Shown here in pieces: positions 48,317 to 58,660 of a DNA stretch of 64,000 nucleotides. A model generated the notes under the pieces. It did not search any database and was not told the DNA's origin. It saw only the letters and a list, made by a program, of their open reading frames with translations. Origin of the DNA: Candidatus Iainarchaeum sp. Its GTDB lineage: Archaea; Iainarchaeota; Iainarchaeia; Iainarchaeales; UBA10191. Each line of letters opens with the position of its first letter. The stretch's first letter is position 1. The position numbers were made by a program, and so were the translations under genes. The stretch spans positions 5,044 to 69,043 of the forward strand of contig JAUSFL010000035.1 in assembly GCA_030649735.1 (NCBI GenBank). Direction: 5' to 3'.

Positions 48317-48616
48317 CTATCCTGAGTGTTTTTTGCATATTCTGCAATTTTTTTGAGTGTGTTTTTCTATCAAGCGCAGCAAAGGCCGCATTGTTTGCTT
48401 GTTGAGGAAGTATATCCTGCTTTTGCCTTTTTTTTCCGCCTTTACAAACCCGCATTCTTCAAGCGATAGAAGCGCGTGCGAAACCTTGCTTCTCTCCTGC
48501 CTTAGCTTTCCCGCAAGCTCGCTGACGCTTAATGGGCTTTCATCAAGAGTTTCAATAATGTCGCTTTTCAGCCGCGTGGCGAGGGTTTCGAAAAACAGGT
48601 AACAGCCGGAGTTCAC
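48317..48616 (-). CDS. ArsR/SmtB family transcriptional regulator
   Basis: FETLA...I...SVSELA...SKVSHAL..L..CGFV...Y.LN; C-terminal HxxxxCxxC. Confidence 0.9.
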   Translation of the reverse strand: MNSGCYLFFETLATRLKSDIIETLDESPLSVSELAGKLRQERSKVSHALLSLEECGFVKAEKKGKSRIYFLNKQTMRPLLRLIEKHTQKNCRICKKHSG

Positions 48617-48633
48617 GTGAATTATAATTCACG
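48616..48633. promoter_or_regulatory. Perfect 18-bp palindrome CGTGAATTATAATTCACG, putative ArsR operator
   Basis: Self-complementary; touches the GTG start of the ArsR gene in the divergent intergenic region. Confidence 0.7.
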
Positions 48634-48662
48634 CATAAGAATTTAAACCTTGCGCTGGTTAA

Positions 48663-49226
48663 GTGTTTGCAAGAGGCGGTTTATTGGAAAAACCAACGGC
48701 AATTCTTTCAAACGAGCATAAAAACATCATGAAAGTGATTCAGGCCTTAAATAACGAGTGCGAAAGCATTGAAGGCGGCGGCAAAATAGACCGGGCTTTT
48801 TTTGAAAAGGCGATTGATTTCATAAGAAACTATGCCGACAGGTTCCATCACGCCAAAGAAGAGGACATTCTATTCAAAGAAGTTTGCAAGGACAGCGTTG
48901 AAATGCACTGCAATCCAACAGAGCAAATGCTTTTCGAGCATGATGCCGGAAGGAATTTCGTCAAAGGAATGGAAGAAGGCCTGCAAAAAAACGATAAAGG
49001 AAAAGTTCTGGAGAATGCTCGCGGTTATGCGCAGCTTTTGCAGGAGCACATTTACAAAGAGGACAACATATTCTATCCAATGGCTGACCAGGCATTAAGC
49101 GGCAAAGTGCAAAAAGCAATGATTGAAAGATTCAAGCTGGCGGAAAAGAAAAGATTCGCCAAAGGCGTTAAAGAAAAGTATTTGGGCATTGCCAAAGAGT
49201 TTGAAAAGCGTTCCGGGGGAAGCTAA
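48663..49226 (+). CDS. Hemerythrin-like domain protein
   Basis: EH, HHAKEE, EH, HIYKED. Confidence 0.9.
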   Translation: MFARGGLLEKPTAILSNEHKNIMKVIQALNNECESIEGGGKIDRAFFEKAIDFIRNYADRFHHAKEEDILFKEVCKDSVEMHCNPTEQMLFEHDAGRNFVKGMEEGLQKNDKGKVLENARGYAQLLQEHIYKEDNIFYPMADQALSGKVQKAMIERFKLAEKKRFAKGVKEKYLGIAKEFEKRSGGS

Positions 49227-50063
49227 TTGATTCCAGAATTCATAATTGGGTTCAGGGAGTCTCTGGAAGCCGCATTGATTGCTGGAATAATACTCAGTTA
49301 TCTTGCGAAAACAGGCCAGGAAAAATACAACCGCATCATTTATTTAGGAATTATCGCTGGAGTAGTTGCCAGCCTTGCCGGCGCTTTTTTGTTTGCGGCT
49401 TTGGCCGGCGGCTTTCAAGGAACAGCAGAGCAGCTTTTTGAAGGCATAACAATGCTGATTGGGGCCGCGCTTCTGACAACAATGATTTTGTGGATGATGA
49501 AGCAAAAGCATGTTGCTTTGGAATTGCAGCACAAGGTTTCTGAAAGAATATCGCAAGCGCAAAAGTTCGGGCTATTTTTCCTGGCTTTCATTGCAATATT
49601 GCGCGAAGGCATTGAAACCGTGATTTTTTTGGGGGCGGCTGGCTTTGTATCCCAAGACAATGGCTTTATTGGGGCGCTTGCCGGAATTGCCCTTGCAGTA
49701 GTTTTAGGATACTTGCTGTTTGTTAACTCTAAAAAAATTAACATTAAAAAATTCTTTAAAATTACAAGCATTTTGCTGGTTCTCTTTGCCGCTGGCCTGG
49801 TAGCGCACGCAATTCATGAATTTGAAGAAGCCGGAGTCTTAAATCCAATCATTGAGCATGTTTGGGACATTAATCCCGCGCAAAATTCAGATGGGAGCTA
49901 TCCTTTGCTGCATGAGAACGGCGCTGTCGGAAGCATTTTCAAAGGATTATTAGGTTATAATGGAAATCCATCCTTACTGGAAGTCTTGAGCTATTTTGCA
50001 TACTTGATTCTTGTTTTTGCGCTTTGGAAAAACATTGAGCGCATTCACAAGAAAGTAATATAA
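49227..50063 (+). CDS. FTR1 family high-affinity iron permease
   Basis: Two RExxE motifs (RESLE, REGIE); about 7 TM helices. Confidence 0.92.
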   Translation: MIPEFIIGFRESLEAALIAGIILSYLAKTGQEKYNRIIYLGIIAGVVASLAGAFLFAALAGGFQGTAEQLFEGITMLIGAALLTTMILWMMKQKHVALELQHKVSERISQAQKFGLFFLAFIAILREGIETVIFLGAAGFVSQDNGFIGALAGIALAVVLGYLLFVNSKKINIKKFFKITSILLVLFAAGLVAHAIHEFEEAGVLNPIIEHVWDINPAQNSDGSYPLLHENGAVGSIFKGLLGYNGNPSLLEVLSYFAYLILVFALWKNIERIHKKVI

Positions 50064-50091
50064 TAAATTAATTCTCTTTCATAAAGCCATT

Positions 50092-52695
50092 ATGCCTATT
50101 TCTTTCCAGACTGAAAAATACTCTGACGGCGAGATTTACAAAACCTTGAATCCTTTATTGGGCGCTTGGTTCAAGCACTGCTTTGGCTCTTTCACAGAGC
50201 CCCAGCGTTATGCAATGCTTAACGTGCACAATAAAATCAATACTTTAATTTCAGCACCGACCGGGACTGGAAAGACGCTTTCGGCATTCGGCGCTGTTTT
50301 AGGGGAATTAATGAATCTTTCAGAAGCCGGAAGATTGGAAGACCGGGTCTATTGCGTTTACATTTCCCCATTGCGCGCCCTCTCGAATGACATTCAAAGA
50401 AACTTGCTTGATCCTTTGGGGCAAATTCAAAAGGCCGGCGCAAAAATCAACAAAAATATTGACATTCGCGTTGGACTTCGGACTGGAGACACCACAACTT
50501 CAGAACGCGCGAAAATGCTCAGGAAAGCCCCGCACATTCTAATTACAACCCCGGAATCTCTTGCAATACTCATTAACTCGCCGAAATTCAAAGAGCTTTT
50601 GAAAGAAGTGCAATGGTGCATTGTTGATGAAGTGCACGCGCTGGCGGAAAACAAGCGCGGAGTTCACCTTTCGCTCACGCTGGAGCGCTTGCAGGAAATT
50701 TCTCCACAAATGTGCCGCATTGGGCTTTCTGCAACAATCGCCCCTTTGGAAAAAATCGCGAACTTTCTTGTCGGAATGGAAAAACCCAACAAGCCGAGGG
50801 ATTGCCTGATTGTTGACGTGCAGTTTTTGAAAAAGCTGGATTTGAAAGTTTTAAGCCCACTACCAGACTTCATCAACATAACTTCTAAGGAAATTCAGGA
50901 AAAACTCTACGAGCAATTGCACTCCTTGATCCAAGAGCACAAGACCACTTTGGTTTTCACTAACACTCGCTCTGCAACAGAACGAGTAGTGCATAATCTC
51001 AAAGAAAAGTTTCCTTCAAAATACTCAAAGGCAAACTTGGAAGCCCATCATAGTTCGCTTTCCAAAGAGCATCGTTTGAATGTAGAGCAGCGCTTGAAGG
51101 AAGGAAAACTAAAATGCGTTGTCTGCTCCACAAGCCTTGAACTGGGAATTGACATTGGATTCATTGACCTTGTAATCGCGCTTGGAAGCCCAAAGTCAGT
51201 GGCAAGGGCTTTGCAGAGAGTAGGCCGCTCTGGCCACAAACTGCATGACAAAGTAAAAGGCAGGATTGTTGTTCTAGACCGCGATGACCTAGTGGAATGC
51301 AGTGTTCTTTTGAAGAATGCGCTAGAGCACAAGATAGACTGCATTGAAGTGCCTGAAAACTGCCTTGATGTAATGGCACAGCACATTTTTGGCATTGCAA
51401 TTGACAGAAAACGCGACATTGATGAAGTGTTTGATTTAATACGCAAAAGCTATTGCTACCGCGCTTTGCAAAGGACAGACTTTGATGAAATCATTTCTTA
51501 TCTTTCCGGAGAGTTCGCAAGCTTGGAAAGCAGGCACGTGTACGCGAAAATTTGGTTTGATCCAAAAACCCGCGAAATTGGAAAGCGGGGAAAACTCGCA
51601 CGCGTCTTATACCTGACTAATATTGGGACAATTCCTGACGAGGCAAGGGTTTCAGTGAAAATTCAAGGATTCACTGTTGGAACAATTGATGAAGGATTTC
51701 TGGAACGCTTGAAAAAAGGCGACGTGTTCGTTTTAGGCGGGCAAAGCTATGTTTTCACTCACTCTTTGGGAATGACTGCTTTTGTGCGCTCTGCAGAACG
51801 CAGGCCTCCAACTGTTCCAAGCTGGTTTTCTGAAATGCTGCCTTTAAGCTTTGACTTGGCTTTGGAAATCCAAAGATTCAGGAGATTGATGGAAGACCAG
51901 TTCAGGATGAAAAAAAGCAAGGCAGAAATTGTGGAATTCATCAACAAGTACGTTTACGTTGACAAGAATGCCGCGAACGCAATTTTCCAGTACTTTCAAG
52001 AGCAATTCCTTTACTTGCAGATTCCGCACGACAAGAGATTAATTGTTGAAAACTTCCGCGAAGGCGACTTGAGGCATTCAATATTTCACGCGTGCTTTGG
52101 CCGCCGCGTCAATGATGCTTTAAGCCGCGCAATTGCTTATGCGTTAGGAAAGCTAATCCACAAGGACATTGAAATAATAATCAACGATAATGGATTCATT
52201 CTTTCAGCGAATGAAAAGCTTCCAGTGCAGCAGGCAATTTCTCTATTGAAAAGCCACGAGATGCGCAAGGTTTTGGAATTGGCAGTTGATGATTCTGAAG
52301 TCTTGCGCAGGCGCTTCAGGCATTGCGCCTGCCGTTCTTTGATGATTTTGCGCAATTACAAGGGAAGGGAAAAAAGCGCCGGAAGGCAGCAAATGAGCTC
52401 TAGGCTCTTGCTTTCTGCAGTGCTTAAGATTTCCCGCAATTTTCCAATCCTAAAGGAAGCGCGCAGGGAAGTCTTGGAAGACATGATGGACATTAAAAGC
52501 GCCTTGAAGGTTTTGGAAATGCTTGAAAAGAAAAGCATTGAATTGAAAATCCTGGATTCCGAAAGCCCAAGCCCTTTCGCGCTAGGCCTTTACAGTGAAG
52601 GCTATTCTGACATTTTGAAAATGGAAGGAAGATTGGAGTTTGTGAAAAGAATGCATGAGAAAATAATGGAAAAAATAAAATCCAAAGCCAATTAA
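50092..52695 (+). CDS. lhr: Lhr-family ATP-dependent helicase
   Basis: APTGTGKT, TTPESL, DEVH, SAT, HHSSL, SLELGID, QRVGRSGH, PSWFSE. Confidence 0.93.
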   Translation: MPISFQTEKYSDGEIYKTLNPLLGAWFKHCFGSFTEPQRYAMLNVHNKINTLISAPTGTGKTLSAFGAVLGELMNLSEAGRLEDRVYCVYISPLRALSNDIQRNLLDPLGQIQKAGAKINKNIDIRVGLRTGDTTTSERAKMLRKAPHILITTPESLAILINSPKFKELLKEVQWCIVDEVHALAENKRGVHLSLTLERLQEISPQMCRIGLSATIAPLEKIANFLVGMEKPNKPRDCLIVDVQFLKKLDLKVLSPLPDFINITSKEIQEKLYEQLHSLIQEHKTTLVFTNTRSATERVVHNLKEKFPSKYSKANLEAHHSSLSKEHRLNVEQRLKEGKLKCVVCSTSLELGIDIGFIDLVIALGSPKSVARALQRVGRSGHKLHDKVKGRIVVLDRDDLVECSVLLKNALEHKIDCIEVPENCLDVMAQHIFGIAIDRKRDIDEVFDLIRKSYCYRALQRTDFDEIISYLSGEFASLESRHVYAKIWFDPKTREIGKRGKLARVLYLTNIGTIPDEARVSVKIQGFTVGTIDEGFLERLKKGDVFVLGGQSYVFTHSLGMTAFVRSAERRPPTVPSWFSEMLPLSFDLALEIQRFRRLMEDQFRMKKSKAEIVEFINKYVYVDKNAANAIFQYFQEQFLYLQIPHDKRLIVENFREGDLRHSIFHACFGRRVNDALSRAIAYALGKLIHKDIEIIINDNGFILSANEKLPVQQAISLLKSHEMRKVLELAVDDSEVLRRRFRHCACRSLMILRNYKGREKSAGRQQMSSRLLLSAVLKISRNFPILKEARREVLEDMMDIKSALKVLEMLEKKSIELKILDSESPSPFALGLYSEGYSDILKMEGRLEFVKRMHEKIMEKIKSKAN

Positions 52696-53357
52696 TGCCC
52701 GGCCTTTCTTGCAAGCTCTTCCCTTATCCTGTCCTGCTCTCCTGCTTTCTGCTTTTCCAAACCCATATACTCGCGCAGCCTTGCATCGGCATTATGCTGG
52801 TCTATCGTGAATACAATGTCTCTTCTCAAAAGTTCTTTGATTGAGACCAAAACCAGGTCAATTCCTTTTTCTTTTTGCGCCAGAATAAAGTTTCCGTTGA
52901 CTTTCGGGCGCGGAAGTGCCGCATGGTTCATTTTCACAAAAGCTCGCAAGTCGCTTGCCTTTCCCATGAAAAGCCCGCCTTTAGTCACAAAAATCACGTA
53001 ATGCGTTTTGTTGTTTACCCATTCTCTGCCGCGGGTTTTCAGCAAAATGTGGTTCCTTAAAGCCCCGCCCTTGCTTTTCCACTCGCCAAAGCTTGTTTTA
53101 ACTTCAAAAAACAAGACTTTCCCATCAGGCCTTTTGAATGCAAAGTCTGCGCCTGGCTCTCCAATATGCTTTAAGCTTTTGAAAACTTCCGCAACTTTTT
53201 TTTCCCCGACATACCCTGTATGGTTTGCAACGCCTAGCGCGCCATTGCGTTTCTTGAATTTTTGAAGCATTTCCGGCCTTTCAGGCCTTGCTGGCTTTGA
53301 AAACTTAATGTTCAATTTTGCTCTTCTGCCCATTAAAACCGCTTTTTTTGTTTTCAT
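52692..53357 (-). CDS. Hypothetical basic protein with PD-(D/E)XK-like motif
   Basis: G..GE...ADF...FFEVKT. Confidence 0.55.
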   Translation of the reverse strand: MKTKKAVLMGRRAKLNIKFSKPARPERPEMLQKFKKRNGALGVANHTGYVGEKKVAEVFKSLKHIGEPGADFAFKRPDGKVLFFEVKTSFGEWKSKGGALRNHILLKTRGREWVNNKTHYVIFVTKGGLFMGKASDLRAFVKMNHAALPRPKVNGNFILAQKEKGIDLVLVSIKELLRRDIVFTIDQHNADARLREYMGLEKQKAGEQDRIREELARKAGH

Positions 53358-53363
53358 AATTGA

Positions 53364-54329
53364 ATGCTTTGGCGTTTATTATTCCTTTCGCCAGATTTTC
53401 AAGCCAGAATTCCGGAAAAGTTAATAAACCAGTTTAAACTTTCAGGTTTGCAGAGAGTTGCATTAGTGCCGGAAAAAAGCCTTTTGTCAGACAATAATGG
53501 GAATTTATTCGCCGAATATTTTGATGAGTCTTCACCCTGCAGGATTTTGGAAGACAAGTCCGGAATGAATTTCAAGATTTCATTCAACAAGCGCAGGGTT
53601 TCAAGGCCTGTTTTTTCAGGCAATAATTCCGCTTGCCCTTTTGACAATCGCGAAAGCAGGGCGCATCTTGACCTTGAAAGGCATTATCTAACGCCAAACT
53701 GGTATCCTTTCTCAAAAAACCATTCAATGCTCATTCCATTCAGGCATTACTCTCTCCCAACCCTTGAAGACTTGAGGCTTGCGTTAAGCCTTTCAGCAAA
53801 ACTTAATCAGACAGTCACTTTAAACATTGCCGGCTCTGGCGCAAGCGTAAAGCAGCATTTGCACTTCCATTGCTTTGATGAACGACTGCCAATTGTTTCC
53901 TGCCTTGGAAAAGAAGTGCTTTCAAATTATCCTAAAAGCCTAAAGATTGAAAGCCTTTATTACCCGGCATATTGCCTGAAAATTTCAGGCAGTCAAACCG
54001 CGGAATTTGTTCACGGGCTTTTGGAAAAATTCAGCCAGCCGTACAACCTGGTTTTCTTCAACGGATTTGCAATCTTCATTCCAAGAAAAATTGAAGCCCC
54101 CCTTGAGGGAGTTGCATGGAATTTTGGCGCTGCTGAAATTGGCGGGTTTTTGGTTGCTGGAAGCAAGGAATTCTTTGATTCTGCAGATAATAAGCTAGTC
54201 TGCGGATTGATTGCCAAAGCAGGCTTTTCTGAAAAGAAAGAAATCGAAATTTTGGAGAGCGGGTTATTGAAAGCATTGAACTGTGAGGAATTGGTTTTAA
54301 GCAAAAAGCCAAAGAATTTAAACCAGTAA
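53364..54329 (+). CDS. HIT-like nucleotidyl hydrolase/phosphorylase (DUF4922/GDP-sugar phosphorylase-like)
   Basis: N..R...CPF, N.YP...H, N..GSGAS..HLHFH, PR, G..E.GG. Confidence 0.7.
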   Translation: MLWRLLFLSPDFQARIPEKLINQFKLSGLQRVALVPEKSLLSDNNGNLFAEYFDESSPCRILEDKSGMNFKISFNKRRVSRPVFSGNNSACPFDNRESRAHLDLERHYLTPNWYPFSKNHSMLIPFRHYSLPTLEDLRLALSLSAKLNQTVTLNIAGSGASVKQHLHFHCFDERLPIVSCLGKEVLSNYPKSLKIESLYYPAYCLKISGSQTAEFVHGLLEKFSQPYNLVFFNGFAIFIPRKIEAPLEGVAWNFGAAEIGGFLVAGSKEFFDSADNKLVCGLIAKAGFSEKKEIEILESGLLKALNCEELVLSKKPKNLNQ

Positions 54330-54359
54330 AACTCTTGTAATATCAAAAGTTGTTGAAAC

Positions 54360-55334
54360 ATGCCTGCTAGAATGCCATTCTTTAAAAAAAAGCCAAAAAC
54401 TCCGGCTGCCTTGAGAAATCAAGAAATCAAGGCATTAAAAGGAAAGCTCGCGTCCGAAAGCTCCAGGCTGGCGAAAGAAACCGCTGGAAAAAAAAATGGA
54501 TTGGCCCAAAGGCTTGCTGAACTCGAAGCCAAAAAAGCAAGCGCGAAATCCAAAATGTCACAAGTAAGAATGAACAAGTCTGGCTATAAGATTGGGCGTT
54601 ATTTTCAATTCTTAAAGATGAAATCATTAAGGAATTCTTTCCGTTTTGCAAGAAGACAGCAGGCAATTTCAGGGCTTGCCGGAAAAAACATTGAAAGCGA
54701 ACGCAATGCGCGCGAAGCATTGCTGAAAGCAAAGTACGGCAAAAGGCTTGCAGGGCTTGAAGCGCAAAAAAAGCCGAGAACTGCAATGCCTTCATTTTTT
54801 GGAACTCCTTGGGGAAAAGCAGTGAATGGAAAAAAGCCTTCAAGGAAAGCGCCAAGCGCGGGAATTACTGGAAGAAGCAATCAAAGAAATAATGGAAGAT
54901 TGCCCTCGGTTTTGAATTCAGCGCGCGCAGGAATTGACGGAAATGGGCGAGTTTCAGTGAAAAAAGCCGCTGCAAAAGCCGGCAAGAATGTCAGAAGAAT
55001 TTTCAATGCAGACCTTCTAGGGCCTTTGAAACGGCGTGAAGATTTCATTATTGCAAAGGATGTTCTTTTGGACAGGATTGCCAACATGAAAAAGCAATAT
55101 GCAGGATATGCTTTCAGGAATAATGGCGCTTCAATGGAAATCAGCGAGGAAAACTTCAATATTTTAAGAGAGCATTTGCAGGGGATAAAAGACCCGGTTG
55201 AATTGGCGGAATTTAATTCCGCAATGCAGGAAATTTACATCGACTTGTCAAGAATTGGCGTTGAAGAAGCAAGAGGCAAGCAAGTTTACCCATTGCTTTT
55301 GACTTTTGTCGAGCAATTAAGGCAAATGAAATAA
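54360..55334 (+). CDS. Hypothetical protein with very basic N-terminal two-thirds
   Basis: 324-aa ORF; coiled-coil and K/R-rich region followed by a helical domain. Confidence 0.6.
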   Translation: MPARMPFFKKKPKTPAALRNQEIKALKGKLASESSRLAKETAGKKNGLAQRLAELEAKKASAKSKMSQVRMNKSGYKIGRYFQFLKMKSLRNSFRFARRQQAISGLAGKNIESERNAREALLKAKYGKRLAGLEAQKKPRTAMPSFFGTPWGKAVNGKKPSRKAPSAGITGRSNQRNNGRLPSVLNSARAGIDGNGRVSVKKAAAKAGKNVRRIFNADLLGPLKRREDFIIAKDVLLDRIANMKKQYAGYAFRNNGASMEISEENFNILREHLQGIKDPVELAEFNSAMQEIYIDLSRIGVEEARGKQVYPLLLTFVEQLRQMK

Positions 55335-55338
55335 TCAT

Positions 55339-57612
55339 TCATTGATTTTCTTTCTCTGTCCACTTTTTTTCCAAGACTTTGCGAATTTCAGCGGCTTTTT
55401 TTTCTCCAACGCCTTCAGCGGCTTGCAAGTCTTTCTCTGAAGCTGAAAAAAGCTTTTCAGGGCTTCCGAAATGCTCCAAAAGCGTTTTTGCAAGCGTTGG
55501 CCCGATATTTGGCAGGCCTTCAATCAAGAACTGCTGCTGTTCATGAAATTCCAATCCTTTAGACGCGCCAGGCCTTAGCCTGATGTCTTTTTCCTTTCCC
55601 AACTGCTCGCGCTTTGCAATAACATGCAAAAACTCCGCGGTTTCCTGAAAATTCCTTGAAAACAATACTGGAATTTTATAATCCAACGCAATTTTTGTCA
55701 AGGCCCCAATGATTGCGTTCTTGTGAATGTTCCGCAAAGAGTACAATTCTTCCAAGTTTCCTTCAACCAAAAGCAATGGCTTTTCGTAATTCACGCTCAG
55801 CCTGCTTAATTGCTCGAAAAGCCTTCCGTCAGTCATGCTTTGCAAAAAATCTTCAACGCTTTTCCTTTCAACCGCAATTTCATCAGTCAAAATGAAATCC
55901 CCGACTTCCAATTGCTTTAATTTCACAAGCGCCTGCATTTCAGAAAGCTTTTCCGGAATTCCAGAGTTTTGCTCGCGAAAGTCAGCGTAAATCAAAACCT
56001 TGTCTTTAACGTCTTCCATGTACTTTACAAGCGTGCTTTGCTTTGGAAGAACCGGGCTTTCATTTCCTGCATCGCGCATTTTCTTTAATGTGGAGTGCAT
56101 TTTCTTTTCCTTGGAGTTCGCCGCCCAATAGAATGCCTCATCACGCGTTCCGCGCGCCATTAAAATAATGCATTTTCCCTCAGTCAATCTTCCGGTCCTG
56201 CCGCGCCTTTGAATCAGGCGGATTTCTGAAGGCACTGGCTCGTAAAAAATCACGAGGTCAACTTGCGGAATGTCAATCCCTTCCTCAGCCACTGAAGTGC
56301 AAACCAAGACATTATGCTCTCCTGCCTTGAATTCCTTGATTAATTGGGCCTGCTCTTTTTGAGTCAATCCCTTGTCTTTTCCTTTGGTTGCCTGGCCAAT
56401 GAATTTTTTTGCCCTAATTTCCGGGAATTTTTCAAACTCTTGCAAAAGGCTTTTCACTGAATCGCGGTAGTGGTTGAAGACCAAAACCTTGCTTTCTGGA
56501 ACTGTTGAAAACTGGTTCTGCAAAATTTCAATAAGTTTTGTGATTTTTGGGTGATTGATTCCTTTCTCCTTCAACTCGCCGGTTAAAGCAATTGCCTTTT
56601 GAATGCCTGGAGTCTTCATAATCATTGCAAGGCTTTTTGCAGCGTCTGCCTTGGAGTTTTTTTCCCTCATTTTTTCAAAATAATCGCTTAATGCTGTAAT
56701 TCCTTGGGTTTCCAAAAGAGTTATTGCGTGAACGACTTTCAAAAGCGCAGCGGCCTTGATTGCCGCCTGGTAAATCAAAGGGTTTTTGCGCGCTGAACTC
56801 ATGTCCCGCCTTATTCTGTACTGCAATTCAATGAGGTCTTTTTGCCTTTGGAAGTGAGGCAGAATTCCCTGCCCATAGCCAGTCCTTTTCAAGGCAAGCA
56901 CTTGGTCGCGGTTGAATTCAAAAAGCAGTTTTTTTATTTCCAAAAACTCTGCTGGAAGCTCAACGCTTTCCCACTCAACATTGATCAAGTTCACGAAAGA
57001 CTTTACATCATCATCCTGCAAGGTCTTGATTTCAATGTTTTTAATGAACAGGTTCTTGCAAACATCTTGGATGCGCTCTTCTTCCCCGCCAGGCGAAGCG
57101 GTCAATCCCAAAATCAATGGTTTGGGATTTTGCTTGATGTACTGCTGCGCAATGAACACGTAACTGTAGTCTTTCACTGCCTTGTGGGCTTCGTCAAAGA
57201 CCAAAAGATCCACTTCGCCCAAGTAAATGTTTCCATTCATTAAATCATTTTCAATTGTCTGCGGAGTTGCAGTAATTATTGTCGCTTCCTCGAATTCTTT
57301 TTTTCTCTCTTCGGGTTTTATTGTTCCAGTCAGGCACTTTATTTTCTCTTCCGCAATTTTCAATACTTTCTTGAAAGAATTCGCGTGCTGTTCTGCAAGC
57401 GGCTTTGTAGGCGCCAAAAGCAGGATTTTTCCTTCAGGGTTTTTCCGCAGTATTTCAGCGGCAACTCTTGCCGCAATTATTGTCTTTCCTAACGCTGTCG
57501 GGGCCACAATCAATGAATTTCCCTTGTCCAAAACCCTTGCGGTCAAAAATTCCTGGTACTCGCGGTTTTCAACCAAGTCTTTCTTGATTAACGGATGCTC
57601 TACAAAACTCAT
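55339..57612 (-). CDS. hef: Hef helicase/ERCC4 nuclease
   Basis: PTALGKT, DEAH, TASP, QRRGRTGR, then GDF...VERKS and HhH2. Confidence 0.95.
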   Translation of the reverse strand: MSFVEHPLIKKDLVENREYQEFLTARVLDKGNSLIVAPTALGKTIIAARVAAEILRKNPEGKILLLAPTKPLAEQHANSFKKVLKIAEEKIKCLTGTIKPEERKKEFEEATIITATPQTIENDLMNGNIYLGEVDLLVFDEAHKAVKDYSYVFIAQQYIKQNPKPLILGLTASPGGEEERIQDVCKNLFIKNIEIKTLQDDDVKSFVNLINVEWESVELPAEFLEIKKLLFEFNRDQVLALKRTGYGQGILPHFQRQKDLIELQYRIRRDMSSARKNPLIYQAAIKAAALLKVVHAITLLETQGITALSDYFEKMREKNSKADAAKSLAMIMKTPGIQKAIALTGELKEKGINHPKITKLIEILQNQFSTVPESKVLVFNHYRDSVKSLLQEFEKFPEIRAKKFIGQATKGKDKGLTQKEQAQLIKEFKAGEHNVLVCTSVAEEGIDIPQVDLVIFYEPVPSEIRLIQRRGRTGRLTEGKCIILMARGTRDEAFYWAANSKEKKMHSTLKKMRDAGNESPVLPKQSTLVKYMEDVKDKVLIYADFREQNSGIPEKLSEMQALVKLKQLEVGDFILTDEIAVERKSVEDFLQSMTDGRLFEQLSRLSVNYEKPLLLVEGNLEELYSLRNIHKNAIIGALTKIALDYKIPVLFSRNFQETAEFLHVIAKREQLGKEKDIRLRPGASKGLEFHEQQQFLIEGLPNIGPTLAKTLLEHFGSPEKLFSASEKDLQAAEGVGEKKAAEIRKVLEKKWTEKENQ

Positions 57613-57817
57613 TTCAAATTCCTTCAGTTTCTTTCAGAAGTAATCAGCGCAAGTGCTTTTTAAACGCTTTTTAGGCCAGTATTCCGCTCGAAAAAAACTG
57701 CAGAATCAGCAGAAAACAGCTTTTTTCCCAATGTTAATCGCTTTCAAACCAGTAATTGCGGTAAAAAGCACGTTTTTTATTCTTTTGCTTCAAAAAAGTC
57801 TTTAGGAGCGTTTTTTT

Positions 57818-58027
57818 ATGAGTGAATTGCCAATTGCGGCTGTTGACCGCTTAATCAGGAAGGCTGACTCTTCAATGCGAGTGAGCGATGACGCAAGCAT
57901 TGCATTGATTGAAATCTTGGAAGAGCACGGCTTGAAAATCGCAAAGCAGGCTTCAGAATTCGCCAAGCACGCCAACAGGAAAACAATAACAGACTCAGAC
58001 ATCAAGCTTGCTGCAAAGAACGTTTAA
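57818..58027 (+). CDS. Archaeal histone (HMf family)
   Basis: [11 protein letters not shown]...RVS.DA...[14 protein letters not shown]; AGGAG SD. Confidence 0.95.
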   Translation: MSELPIAAVDRLIRKADSSMRVSDDASIALIEILEEHGLKIAKQASEFAKHANRKTITDSDIKLAAKNV

Positions 58028-58053
58028 GTCTAAACTTGTCATAGAGTGGAATC

Positions 58054-58635
58054 ATGGCCGTAAGAAAAACAAATAAGTCCAGAGTTAATTATTATTCTCG
58101 CAGCAATGCTTTTTTCATTTATTTGTTTATTGTGTTTGCGGTTGCAATTTTAGCCCTGATTCTGAAATCCGCATTAGATGGAAAATATTCTTATGTTATT
58201 TCTTTTGCATTTTTATTTGGTTTTTTGATGGTGATTTTTGCAATTGTGATTCTGCTAAATAGATACTCGGCAGCAGTATCTATTGACAATGGCGTAATTA
58301 ATATTCCGGCAACCACCAATTATAGAGATGAAATACCGCCAGGATACTGGTCTTTGCTTGGCAATTCAGATGGCAGTACAATGGTTTATAGTTTTAGGAA
58401 AGAACAAATTAGAAAAGCAGAGATTTCATTTAGCAAATTTTTAAGAATAAAGATGGTCAAAATTGAGTTCAAGAAACCTTTGGAATATTGGGTTGGTCAA
58501 ACAGATCTTCTTAGGCCATCAATTTTTAAGCCATTCAAACCAGCGTCTGAGAAGAATCCTTTTGAAGTGGCAATTGCCCTTAAAGAACCGGATAAATTCA
58601 TCAATGATTTAGGGCTTTCGGCAAAGAATGTTTAA
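58054..58635 (+). CDS. Two-TM membrane protein with C-terminal soluble domain
   Basis: Two TM helices then a beta-rich domain ending PDKFI. Confidence 0.6.
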   Translation: MAVRKTNKSRVNYYSRSNAFFIYLFIVFAVAILALILKSALDGKYSYVISFAFLFGFLMVIFAIVILLNRYSAAVSIDNGVINIPATTNYRDEIPPGYWSLLGNSDGSTMVYSFRKEQIRKAEISFSKFLRIKMVKIEFKKPLEYWVGQTDLLRPSIFKPFKPASEKNPFEVAIALKEPDKFINDLGLSAKNV

Positions 58636-58660
58636 ATTTGTGTTTGCATAAATTGCTTTT

